A stretch of 64,000 nucleotides of DNA from a virus. The stretch lies in the IMG/VR virus record IMGVR_UViG_3300044608_002890. One strand, 5' to 3'. The notes beneath the pieces were generated by a model that ran no database searches, was not told the origin of the DNA, and saw nothing but the letters and a program-made list of their open reading frames with translations. Positions within the stretch are counted from its first letter, which is position 1. Every line of letters begins with the position of its first letter. Shown here piece after piece: positions 51,192 to 60,988 of this stretch. A program made the position numbers and the translations under genes.

Positions 51192-53930
51192 ATGGCACAA
51201 TATCTCAACAAGCGCATAAGTTCACTGGTAGCATCTCAGCTACCCAGCCATGTTCGACAGCAATACGAAACATTCGTTTTGTTTTCCGAAGCCTACTATG
51301 AATTTTTAGAACAAAGCAAGGCTCCACAGGAAGTCATACAGAACATACAATTATATGGCGACATAGACCATAGTGTGGATGAATTCATACGATATTTTTA
51401 TAAAAATTATTGTGCGGATTTTCCTGTAAATCCACAGGCAGATAAGAAACATACACTCAAGCACATCAATGATCTTTATAATAGAAAGGGATCAGAAAAA
51501 GCAGTAAAATTGCTTTTTAGATTGCTATACAATAGCGATGTCAGTTTTTATTATCCGGAAATTCAAGTATTCAAGGCCAGTGGGGCAAGATATCGAGATC
51601 GCATAAGCATTCGGGTCAACGCTCCCCTGAAAACCATGAATCGTTTGATTGGGCAAAAAATTGTAGGCGCAATTTCAGGAGCCACGGCTAGAATAACCGA
51701 TGTACAAAATGCAGATCTTTCCAATCAGGTACAAGAACTTTTCTTAGATCGTAAAACCCTCAGCGGCAATTTTACACCCAATGAGAACATCATTTGTTCT
51801 TTGCCTGGACAGAGTAACGAATTGTTTGTTAGTAAAACCTATAATGCGTTTCTGTCGCGCTTTCCAAGCAGCACTGAACTTGCCATAAACGTAGTTGGTC
51901 TTGAAGATGGTACATTGACGCCACAAGACATCATATATGCAGTAGCAAGAAGCGAAGAATGTGAAAACTATTTGACCAGTCCTGTGGATTTCATGAAAGT
52001 TTTAATGTTTCAAACCACAGGTAATAATTTGACCAATGATGAATACATTCAGAACTATGGCCCAAGATTGTTATATGGTACCAGCAGAATAACAATCATA
52101 TTGGAACTATTGGATACCAAAGATAGTAAAGAATATCTGGAGTACACCCTAAGAAACGAAGATACCATTGTAGTAACTGCTAATGTCAGACCTGTTGTGA
52201 CCAATGTTACTGTTATAAGCAGAGGATATAACTACAATGTTGGTGACATAGTTACTATAGACACAAACCTTGGCAACAATTATCTAAATGCCAAGGTTGT
52301 AGAAGTTAGTTATTTTAGTAAATTGAACGGTGATAGCAATCTGGCCAATGGCGGCAATATTACCTATGGCATAGTTAAGGTAGATCTTGACAGTTTTGAT
52401 AGCACCAATGTAACCTATGCCAATGCCAATCTCATACTAAGAACTCTAGATCTTACCAGAGCCAACGTAGTTGCTAGAGCTCGTTATGCCAATGACATGC
52501 CCAATCTTCATGCTGAGATTGCTGCAGGTAACCTAAGTCTTAGCTATGGCCAACGAGCCAATCTCAAGGCCCAGATAGGCGCTTTGTGTGAATATCCAGG
52601 CAACTGGAAAGTTGATCGTAGCAGCGGTGTTACTGAGGGACTCATCAGCGTACCTGAAAATCGTTTCGGTGGCATGGTCTTTCGTGGGCGCAAAGATGAT
52701 GGATCACAAACTGCCATATTTAATTCATTTGTAAGTGATGCATTTCTATTGCTTTTGGATAGAGCTGCTACCAGCAAAGAAGCAAGCAATTATCAGACCA
52801 TATTTTCTAACTTTACTGATATTTTTGATGCATTTGAACAAATAATATTGAAAATTATTGATACTGTAGAATTTAGAAGCACCAGCAGATATCTGAATGT
52901 TACTTCCTTCATAACTACTTTGTTTGGGCTGTGCAGAGGTACCAACCCTTCTACAACAGATCTAAAATACTGGAGAAACTATCTAAGAAGCGAGAATTAC
53001 GCACATTCAGCTAAACTTGATGTTGCATCCAGCATAGCTACAAGCATGGAAGCCAAACTAAATTATGAGAAGTCTTATAACCCAAATCTTCTCATAAAAA
53101 ACGACATTTACTTTCAACCGTTTAGTTATGTATTACAAACCAATGAGAATATCAATATATGGCGTGAAATTGTTAAAAAACTAGTTCATCCTGCTGGTTT
53201 GGTATTTTTTGGTAGACAGTCCATAAGCAATACACCAGACGCTGGTGGTGGCGGTGGCGTGGCTCCCCCAATACCTGGGACCATTGTTTCCACGGCTGGT
53301 GGCGGTTCAATTAAATCTATCTATCAATTCTTGAACATACCCATAAGGGTTCTTAAGTCATTACCTACGTTGGCACCACAGGCAACTGGCTTTACATCAC
53401 CGCAAAAATACATTCTATCAACTGTAACTGGCAGCTATCCATGGTCCAATGCCAACGTAAGCTACATTGGCGCAGGTCCAAGATATGAAACCATAGATCG
53501 TTGGAAAACCAGCTATAGTGCCACTGTAGATGGTCAAGATACAATGTATGCGCAAATACTTGCCAACATAAGCATCAGCCAATTTGATGCCGACAACATC
53601 AGAAATAAATTTGATATTTCTCCACCGCTATATACATCGAATGCCAATGGTAACTTTACATTCGCATTGACTGCATCGGCCAATGCCATTGAAGAAGGTC
53701 GTGTCATTACCTTCACAGTTAATACAGGTAATGTACCTAGCGGAACTGAACTTTACTATGTTATTGAGCAAGGTACACAACGAGCCAATGCCGATCCCAA
53801 CAAAGGCGACATAGCGTTTCTGTTAGAGGGCTTAGCAAGTGACACACCAGCTGCCAATGCCAATCAAATTAACTATCTCAATCCATCTTCAGTATCCGGT
53901 TATTACTACGTAAACTGGGACAATACATAG
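51192..53930 (+). CDS. 7: Baseplate wedge initiator gp7
   Basis: F..F.EAYYEFLE, Y..KG.......LF.LL, QPFSYV, VKKLVHPAG..FG; follows gene 6. Confidence 0.8.
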   Translation: MAQYLNKRISSLVASQLPSHVRQQYETFVLFSEAYYEFLEQSKAPQEVIQNIQLYGDIDHSVDEFIRYFYKNYCADFPVNPQADKKHTLKHINDLYNRKGSEKAVKLLFRLLYNSDVSFYYPEIQVFKASGARYRDRISIRVNAPLKTMNRLIGQKIVGAISGATARITDVQNADLSNQVQELFLDRKTLSGNFTPNENIICSLPGQSNELFVSKTYNAFLSRFPSSTELAINVVGLEDGTLTPQDIIYAVARSEECENYLTSPVDFMKVLMFQTTGNNLTNDEYIQNYGPRLLYGTSRITIILELLDTKDSKEYLEYTLRNEDTIVVTANVRPVVTNVTVISRGYNYNVGDIVTIDTNLGNNYLNAKVVEVSYFSKLNGDSNLANGGNITYGIVKVDLDSFDSTNVTYANANLILRTLDLTRANVVARARYANDMPNLHAEIAAGNLSLSYGQRANLKAQIGALCEYPGNWKVDRSSGVTEGLISVPENRFGGMVFRGRKDDGSQTAIFNSFVSDAFLLLLDRAATSKEASNYQTIFSNFTDIFDAFEQIILKIIDTVEFRSTSRYLNVTSFITTLFGLCRGTNPSTTDLKYWRNYLRSENYAHSAKLDVASSIATSMEAKLNYEKSYNPNLLIKNDIYFQPFSYVLQTNENINIWREIVKKLVHPAGLVFFGRQSISNTPDAGGGGGVAPPIPGTIVSTAGGGSIKSIYQFLNIPIRVLKSLPTLAPQATGFTSPQKYILSTVTGSYPWSNANVSYIGAGPRYETIDRWKTSYSATVDGQDTMYAQILANISISQFDADNIRNKFDISPPLYTSNANGNFTFALTASANAIEEGRVITFTVNTGNVPSGTELYYVIEQGTQRANADPNKGDIAFLLEGLASDTPAANANQINYLNPSSVSGYYYVNWDNT

Positions 53931-53946
53931 GTCTGCTAGGAACAAA

Positions 53947-54570
53947 ATGTCTGCTGATAAAGTTGTGCTAGTATATTGTGAAATGAATGGCAATAATCTT
54001 GCCAATGCCAGCAGCGTTGGTGGATGGATGCTGTTGGATACAAATTTTTTGAATATATACGATGATTTCATTGGTGTTACTCTCAACAATATGACACGCA
54101 ATGGCAGTCAATATGATGCAGATGCTGTTGATGGTTACTTGAGAACCATAGCCATACCATTACCAAAAAAATCTCGCGGAATACGCATAGATTTTATGAA
54201 TCTAGAAAATATCAATAATGCTGATGGTGGTTTAAATCGTGCTGCATTGTCTGATGTCTATGCTGCGGGCAATGGAACCAGCGTGTTTTTGGGCACTGAT
54301 TTCAACCATTTTGGAGTCAGTGCACATGGTGCCAACAACATAGGCAACACGTATGTGTCCTTGTCCACCATGGTAAATGTACAGAATACAGTGCAAGGAG
54401 TTGCGTTTTTTGGTAACCAGGGCACAACTAACAAACGGGCCAACGTAGGTAATGTATATTTCTTACAGACCGACGACATAGGCTTTGACATGAATAAGTT
54501 AATCATCAGCCAAAGTGATGGTTCATCCGAACGCATCAACATCAGAGACCTGAGAATCTGGATTCGATAA
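53947..54570 (+). CDS. Hypothetical virion-region protein
   Basis: AGGA RBS; Asn/Gly-rich beta-type composition; TAATG coupled to next gene. Confidence 0.65.
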   Translation: MSADKVVLVYCEMNGNNLANASSVGGWMLLDTNFLNIYDDFIGVTLNNMTRNGSQYDADAVDGYLRTIAIPLPKKSRGIRIDFMNLENINNADGGLNRAALSDVYAAGNGTSVFLGTDFNHFGVSAHGANNIGNTYVSLSTMVNVQNTVQGVAFFGNQGTTNKRANVGNVYFLQTDDIGFDMNKLIISQSDGSSERINIRDLRIWIR

Positions 54571-57500
54571 TGCCGCATCGTCCATACGTCAATACCATAG
54601 CAACAATTGGAAAAATTGTTATCAACAACAATACCGCATCATTGCCGGTATTTTTCAGGCGCGATGCCAACACCGAGGGATCGGAAAATTTTACCTTTAA
54701 GATTCTGGCCAGCCCAGAATATGCACTTGGTGCCAATCTATCCACAACGGTGACTGTCTACGATAATAGCATCAATAGATCATTTCTGCTTACTACTACG
54801 CCCAACATCACATCGGCCAACGAAGGCGAAAGCTACATTGTAAACATTTATACAACAGAGATCGAAGATGGAACGGTGATGGCCTGGCAGATAGATGGTG
54901 TGCAGGCCTTTGATCTTGTCACACCTTTGAGTGGAAATGTCACCATAGTTAATAACTATGCCAATGTAAACATCATAACCATAAGAGATCGAGACACCGA
55001 AGGTCCAGAGACTGTGCATTTCATGCTCAAGTCTAATACAGACCCGCACATAGAACTCAACCAAAATCTCTATGCCAACGTAACTCTAGTAGACACCAGT
55101 CGTGCTCCCAACATAGCGCTCATAGCCAATGTATATACTGTGGCCGAAGGCGACGCTGTAGAATTCATGGTGCTAACAGCCAATCTGGAAAGCAATGTAA
55201 TTTTTAACTATACCATCGATGGTATTAGTCAGGTAGATTTGGTTTTTGGTACGTTGACTGGTAAAATGGCACACAATGCCTATAACAGCAACAACAATGG
55301 AAATGCCAATGTAGTGTTGCGCATAGCCAAAGACAGATTGACCGAAGGTACTGAAACACTTAGATTTACTTTGTTGTCCGACAACAGCATAAAACTTCTC
55401 AGCAACCTGCATGCCAATGTTGTCATAACCGACAACAGCCGTACTCCTGCTTACACAGTGTCATCCAATGTTGCCATTGTTGGTGAAGGTGGTAGTGTAA
55501 AGTTTTCTGTGCTTGGTACCAACGTTGACAATAATACAGCCATGGCCTATGTTCTCGAAGGCGTTACGGCTGATGACATTGTTGGTGGTGTATCCAAATT
55601 AGGTGGTGATATTGCGTTGCTTAGCACTGATGGTGGGTTCAGCGCCTGGGCCAATGTGGACGTTGGCATACGCGAAGACCGAGTTACCGAAGGCATAGAA
55701 ACATTGACCTTTGTGCTATTGAGAAATACTTTGATATCGCATAATACAAATTCATCGGTCAGTGTAGCTATTCAGGATCTGAGCCAGTATCCCACCCTAT
55801 CAGTGACGGCCAATAGATCATCGGTAGATGAAAATGGTGTTGTTCAGTTCAACATAGTAACCACAGATGTTCCTGCTAGTAGTAAATTTGAATATACCAT
55901 TACCCCCATGGCCGACGTTAATAGTCATGTTTCAGTTGGAACCTATACAACAACCAAAGGCATATTCGCTGTAAATTCAGCTGGCAGAGCCAATGTTGTT
56001 GTTTACATGAAAGAAGATTACATTACCGAAGGCGCTGAATTTCTAACCATTACCATACCAGCAAATCTTGCTGCCAATACCGATGGCACAAGCGCAACTG
56101 TATTGATTAATGATACAACTCAGGCACCAAATCTTGTTCTAAGCTATGATGTTAATCCGGTCAATGAAGGCAGCAATGTACGCATTACCTTTACGGGCAC
56201 CAATATTCCCGGAGGTACACCGATTTCTTGGAGTTTAACTGCGGGTTCTTCGGACATGACACCGACCAGTGGTACGGTCATCATGGATCTTAACCCAAGT
56301 TTCCCAACTACATCTAATAGCATTTTGCTGTCTGCAATAGCAGATTCTACTACTGAAGGTAACGAAACCTATACGGTTACAACTGGTGCTGTTAGTGGTA
56401 TAAATTTAACTGCTAAATCACTTTCGGGTACCATAAAAGACACTAGTGTCAGTCCGCCAACACCTCCACCACCAGCTCCACCAGCAACACCAGTTCCACC
56501 ACCAGTAGGTACAGTTCTAACTGATTTCTTTAATTGTGATTTGGAAATAACAACGCCAGCATCCAGCAGCAGCGGTGTGTATAGTTTTCCGGGATGGAAG
56601 GTCTATATGCCTGGCGAAGGTACTGTGCCATCACACCTCAGGCTCAATGGGTTTTCTACAATTTTAGGTTATCCAACACCACAGGATCCAACACCAGCAC
56701 CATTTAGTAGCTCTACGCCCTATGGTGATCAGGATGCTCCAACTAGTGCTTCATTTGGCTATGAATTTGTTGACGACAGCCTACCAGAATTTGGTGGCAT
56801 CAAAGCTATTCGTTTGTATTCTAGCTGTTTTGGTGTTCCTTTTAACATCATTCGTGGTCCATATTTGGTAAGTGATTATTCGTGCAATCTTGTGGCCGAT
56901 AGTGTAGTGAGTTTCCATTGGAAGGCTCAGTCCGGATCTGATGATTATGATGTGTTTGCCTACTTGGTTGAAGTTAATACTGGAGCAAGCATTTTGCTTC
57001 TTGATGACATCGGCTCAAGTTCTCCTTGGCAACTTGTTACTAGAAAAATTACAGCCGGCGAAGCTGGTACCTACAAGTTCGTTTTTGTTTGCGGAACATA
57101 TGATGCCAGTGGAGGAACAGCCAGCGGTGCTAGCCTTTATCTGGACAACATCTGTGTTGACTCTGAGCTTCCCTTGAGTTCTTTTGTGAATACATCGAGC
57201 CGTTATCTTAGTTCATCCACACTGACCGTAGGTACCGGAACAAAGAATTTGGTTGTTGGTACAGGTCTTAATTGGACCGCTGGCCAGGTTATAAAATTAT
57301 ACAATGGTAATAATTCCATGACCGGCACCATAGTAAGCTACAATCCATCTACTGGTGCTTTGGTTGTTGCTGTTGACAGCTCAGTTGGTTCTGGTACCTA
57401 TGGTAATTGGGGTGTAATCAACAAAGGTGGTGCAACTACACCTCCCGCAGTTCCTCCGCCACCACCAGCATCGGCTCCTGCAGCTCCTACGGCCATAGTT

Positions 57501-59576
57501 TTAGACGGGTTTTCAAGCACTCTGATTTCTCAGATCTATAGTCCAGGACCAGGATATAAAATCTTTGACATAGATTTTGGCGACAAAACCGGCGACTTTA
57601 CACTGACTCTTGACTTCTTGAACAACTATGATTGGGCTGAACTGGATTGGAATGGCAACAAAGTCAATACTGGGTTCAACAAAGGCATTCAAACCATAAC
57701 CATCAACAAGGCCACTAGCTCACCTAGCAGCATCAGGTTGACCATTAATCCCAACAATATTACGGGCTGGGAAACACAGACCGGTAATTTTACAGCAGGT
57801 GAAGTTAATCCCGGTGGCTGGTGGCAGGGTAGTGGCGTTACTGCAGTAGGTGCTACAGTACCCTCAAGTGGTACAGTAAGCCCACCGACCACAATACCTC
57901 CGCCATACACCACCAAGCCCGATGGAACTGTGTACTGTCCTACAAGTTATGTAGGTCGTAAACTCAAAGGTACTAGTACAGTCAATTCCAACAACGAAGC
58001 CGATGTTACTGGTTCTCTGAGTGGTGATGCTGTCTGGGGTAATAATTCTCAGGGCTATTCAGATGACAGTGACTTAAGCCGAGCCGTTGTTCATGCCGGC
58101 CTGGCCAGTGTGGGTGAACTCATAAAGGTTCGCATCACTGCCAAAGATTTTGTGGCTCCTATTACGGGATCTACAGTCAACGGTGTTACATCACAATCAC
58201 TAACCAATGGTTGGTGTGGCATAACCATGACCAGACTTACACCGTTGCCAACGCCTACCTATGCCATTACGCCACAGCTTGTCAGCGTTAATGAAGGTTT
58301 CATATTAATTTTTGATGTTAATACTACTTTAGTACCTGATGCTACTACGCTTTGCTACGGAATTTCAGGAAATACAAATGCTTTGGATTATGTGCATGTA
58401 CCATATTTTGATTCTTATACTGATGTTAGATCAGCCTACATAAACAGTGTTCAGTCTGGATCTACCTGGGGATCTTGGCCAGGTTCAAGAGCTCAACCCA
58501 CGCCCAATGCCATATTGTTTGCTAACTATCATTATGCAACCGTTGGCATAGGTGAGGGTAGATTAAGCCCATCCACGCTCAATACAGATTATCTGGTTCC
58601 AAAGAAAACAGTGCCCATAAGTTCCAACCGGACTTCTGTGACTCTCTACATAACTGCAGATCAATTGACCGAAGGACCAGAAACTCTTAGAATGACACTT
58701 AGCAATTGCGCCACCAGTACCCAGCTAGTGCAATCGCCCATCATTACCATCAATGACACCAGCACGACACCAGCACTGACCTGGAGTCTTACTCCCAATG
58801 TAAGCTATCAGGATGAAGGCAACAACATACAGCTTAACATTAATGCCAATAACCTTCAGCCTTCGCACTATGGAACTTCGGGGCGTTGGGTACGTATTAG
58901 AGTTGGTGGAACCAACATTACTACCGGCGATATACAAGGTGGCAATGTAAGTAACAGTGTAAAATTTACCAGTAATATATTCCCATATTCATTTGTCTGG
59001 GGGTTTGTGGCTGATCTCGTTACCGAAGGTGTAGAAGTAGCTAGATTCGATTTATTTACTTGGTTGGATGGGGCAGCCGAAGAATTGACGACCCCTGTGG
59101 CTTGTTGTTATGTTACCATTGGTGATACCAGTACTGCTCCAGCACCCCCGCCCCCACCACCAGGAACACCTCTGCCCGTCAATCCTAGCATTACATCGTT
59201 TGGTTGGAACATCGTTAATGATAGCACCTATTTGGCCACCCAAACCCAACTAGCTGGTTTGATATGGAGAACCGATCCAGATCCTGGTGATATCACACAT
59301 GCCGAAATACGTGTGTATCGCGGATCTACCTATCAGACATCCGGCAGTGCGCAGGTCATAAGAAATACATTGGGGAATTTCCCTGCATCTGGTTCTTACA
59401 GAATCTATGAATTTACACCAGGTGATGGCGTAGCCGTTGGCCTTGGATCTAACATAAACGATGGAGAAGTTTTAAGCTATCGTCTAATCTTTACCAGATC
59501 CAATGGAACAACCTTTAGTCCAACGTTCGATTTGCAATGGCATGTAGGAAATCAACAAGATACTAGCGGCGCTTAA
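54570..59576 (+). CDS. Giant multidomain adhesin/fiber with Calx-beta-like repeats and LCCL-like domain
   Basis: About 7 repeats V.EG...D..TEG.E; polyproline linkers; VWG....YSDDS.L..A.VHAG...NGV.S. Confidence 0.75.
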   Translation: MPHRPYVNTIATIGKIVINNNTASLPVFFRRDANTEGSENFTFKILASPEYALGANLSTTVTVYDNSINRSFLLTTTPNITSANEGESYIVNIYTTEIEDGTVMAWQIDGVQAFDLVTPLSGNVTIVNNYANVNIITIRDRDTEGPETVHFMLKSNTDPHIELNQNLYANVTLVDTSRAPNIALIANVYTVAEGDAVEFMVLTANLESNVIFNYTIDGISQVDLVFGTLTGKMAHNAYNSNNNGNANVVLRIAKDRLTEGTETLRFTLLSDNSIKLLSNLHANVVITDNSRTPAYTVSSNVAIVGEGGSVKFSVLGTNVDNNTAMAYVLEGVTADDIVGGVSKLGGDIALLSTDGGFSAWANVDVGIREDRVTEGIETLTFVLLRNTLISHNTNSSVSVAIQDLSQYPTLSVTANRSSVDENGVVQFNIVTTDVPASSKFEYTITPMADVNSHVSVGTYTTTKGIFAVNSAGRANVVVYMKEDYITEGAEFLTITIPANLAANTDGTSATVLINDTTQAPNLVLSYDVNPVNEGSNVRITFTGTNIPGGTPISWSLTAGSSDMTPTSGTVIMDLNPSFPTTSNSILLSAIADSTTEGNETYTVTTGAVSGINLTAKSLSGTIKDTSVSPPTPPPPAPPATPVPPPVGTVLTDFFNCDLEITTPASSSSGVYSFPGWKVYMPGEGTVPSHLRLNGFSTILGYPTPQDPTPAPFSSSTPYGDQDAPTSASFGYEFVDDSLPEFGGIKAIRLYSSCFGVPFNIIRGPYLVSDYSCNLVADSVVSFHWKAQSGSDDYDVFAYLVEVNTGASILLLDDIGSSSPWQLVTRKITAGEAGTYKFVFVCGTYDASGGTASGASLYLDNICVDSELPLSSFVNTSSRYLSSSTLTVGTGTKNLVVGTGLNWTAGQVIKLYNGNNSMTGTIVSYNPSTGALVVAVDSSVGSGTYGNWGVINKGGATTPPAVPPPPPASAPAAPTAIVLDGFSSTLISQIYSPGPGYKIFDIDFGDKTGDFTLTLDFLNNYDWAELDWNGNKVNTGFNKGIQTITINKATSSPSSIRLTINPNNITGWETQTGNFTAGEVNPGGWWQGSGVTAVGATVPSSGTVSPPTTIPPPYTTKPDGTVYCPTSYVGRKLKGTSTVNSNNEADVTGSLSGDAVWGNNSQGYSDDSDLSRAVVHAGLASVGELIKVRITAKDFVAPITGSTVNGVTSQSLTNGWCGITMTRLTPLPTPTYAITPQLVSVNEGFILIFDVNTTLVPDATTLCYGISGNTNALDYVHVPYFDSYTDVRSAYINSVQSGSTWGSWPGSRAQPTPNAILFANYHYATVGIGEGRLSPSTLNTDYLVPKKTVPISSNRTSVTLYITADQLTEGPETLRMTLSNCATSTQLVQSPIITINDTSTTPALTWSLTPNVSYQDEGNNIQLNINANNLQPSHYGTSGRWVRIRVGGTNITTGDIQGGNVSNSVKFTSNIFPYSFVWGFVADLVTEGVEVARFDLFTWLDGAAEELTTPVACCYVTIGDTSTAPAPPPPPPGTPLPVNPSITSFGWNIVNDSTYLATQTQLAGLIWRTDPDPGDITHAEIRVYRGSTYQTSGSAQVIRNTLGNFPASGSYRIYEFTPGDGVAVGLGSNINDGEVLSYRLIFTRSNGTTFSPTFDLQWHVGNQQDTSGA

Positions 59577-59582
59577 ATCAAT

Positions 59583-59590
59583 CATAAATA
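59583..59590 (+). promoter_or_regulatory. T4-type late promoter
   Basis: CATAAATA upstream of gene 8. Confidence 0.55.
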
Positions 59591-59614
59591 ATAGATGATC
59601 ACAACGAGGCAACA

Positions 59615-60979
59615 ATGGCTGCAATCATAACCAATTACTATCGCTTGTTCAATGCCAAGCAATTCGTAGAAAGCGTCAGGGAACCATGGGCAGGCGCCAG
59701 CGCCAATGCCAATACCTTTCATTATGTGTTTATTGGTCGACCACAAAGCTGGTCAAATGATAATCTGCCGCCTACTCCAGTCGACACCATAAATTTGCAA
59801 TTCGATGTCTGGAAAGACATGATTGCCATGAAGAAGGTCAATCGCGAAGACATGGCGCACGTCGTTGCTCGTGAAGACTGGGTCTCGGGTACGGTCTACG
59901 ACATGTATGACCATGATATTACTTCGACCAATCCAGCCTATAGTGGCGCTACTTCGTTGTTTCAAAGTAACTTTTATGTCGTAACCGATGAGTTTAAGGT
60001 CTACAAGTGCCTTTTTAACAATAACAACCAGGCTAGTACGGTCAAACCTACCAGCACCAGCACCAGCGCAGTACAATTAGGTGATGGTTATGTCTGGAAA
60101 TACATGTACACCATTGATACAGACAGCATCATCAAATTCCTAACACCGGAATTCATGCCGGTGTTGGCCTGTTCTACGGTACAGGCCGCAGCAGTTGACG
60201 GCGCCATTGATATCATAAAAGTTACCTATGCAGGCAATGCCTATGTTTCTACACCATCGGTGGTCATAGTTGGTGACGGCAATGTGGCTGCTGCAGCCAC
60301 AGCCACCATGGCTGGAGGTTTAATTACTGACATTACCGTTGGTACCAGAGGTACTGGATACCATGTTGCCAACGTTACTATTACTGGCGGCGCACCCAAT
60401 GCCAATGCTACGGCCCGTGCCATACTTGGTCCTCCGGGAGGGCATGGTTCCAATCCTGTTGACGAATTGGGTGGATACTATGTCATGATTAACAGTAAAT
60501 TGGTCTATGCCGAAGGCAGCGGTGATTTTCCTGTAACCAATGATTTCCGCAGAATTGGCATGATTCTAGATCCTCTGGTCTATGGCAGTTCCAACGTAAG
60601 AGCTACGGCCAATACCCTGACCACTCAATGGAGTTTCTTTGCCAACAGCACCAGTGCAGCCTTTGCAGTTGATGAAGTCATAACCGGTGGTACATCGGGA
60701 GCCAAGGCTCGCATCCTGACAACCACCAATGTAATTGTTGCTGGTAATAGTACAACGAGATTCATACAACCCTTGGATGACAGCAGCACCAATTTTACCA
60801 TGTTTCAGGTCAATGAGACCGTAACCGGTGGTACCTCAGGATCGACTGCAGTCATCAGACAAATCTATGGGCCCGAAGCCAACATACATTCTGGCATAGT
60901 AACCTATGTAGATAATCGTAGGCCCATAAGCCGGGCCGCCGATCAGTCAGAAAGCATTCACATTGTCATAGAATTCTAA
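59615..60979 (+). CDS. 8: Baseplate wedge protein gp8
   Basis: AIIT..R..NA..F, Y.FIGRP..W, W.SGT.YDMY, VYKCL.N, DGY.WKYMY, E....EF. Confidence 0.92.
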   Translation: MAAIITNYYRLFNAKQFVESVREPWAGASANANTFHYVFIGRPQSWSNDNLPPTPVDTINLQFDVWKDMIAMKKVNREDMAHVVAREDWVSGTVYDMYDHDITSTNPAYSGATSLFQSNFYVVTDEFKVYKCLFNNNNQASTVKPTSTSTSAVQLGDGYVWKYMYTIDTDSIIKFLTPEFMPVLACSTVQAAAVDGAIDIIKVTYAGNAYVSTPSVVIVGDGNVAAAATATMAGGLITDITVGTRGTGYHVANVTITGGAPNANATARAILGPPGGHGSNPVDELGGYYVMINSKLVYAEGSGDFPVTNDFRRIGMILDPLVYGSSNVRATANTLTTQWSFFANSTSAAFAVDEVITGGTSGAKARILTTTNVIVAGNSTTRFIQPLDDSSTNFTMFQVNETVTGGTSGSTAVIRQIYGPEANIHSGIVTYVDNRRPISRAADQSESIHIVIEF

Positions 60980-60988
60980 GGTAAACCC

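Noticed and set aside
53775-54596. Self-splicing intron or gene-60-style ribosomal bypass joining gp7 to the adhesin
   Set aside because: No recognisable group I/II core motifs, and no matching take-off/landing codon giving the right frame. The middle ORF has its own SD and a TAATG coupling.
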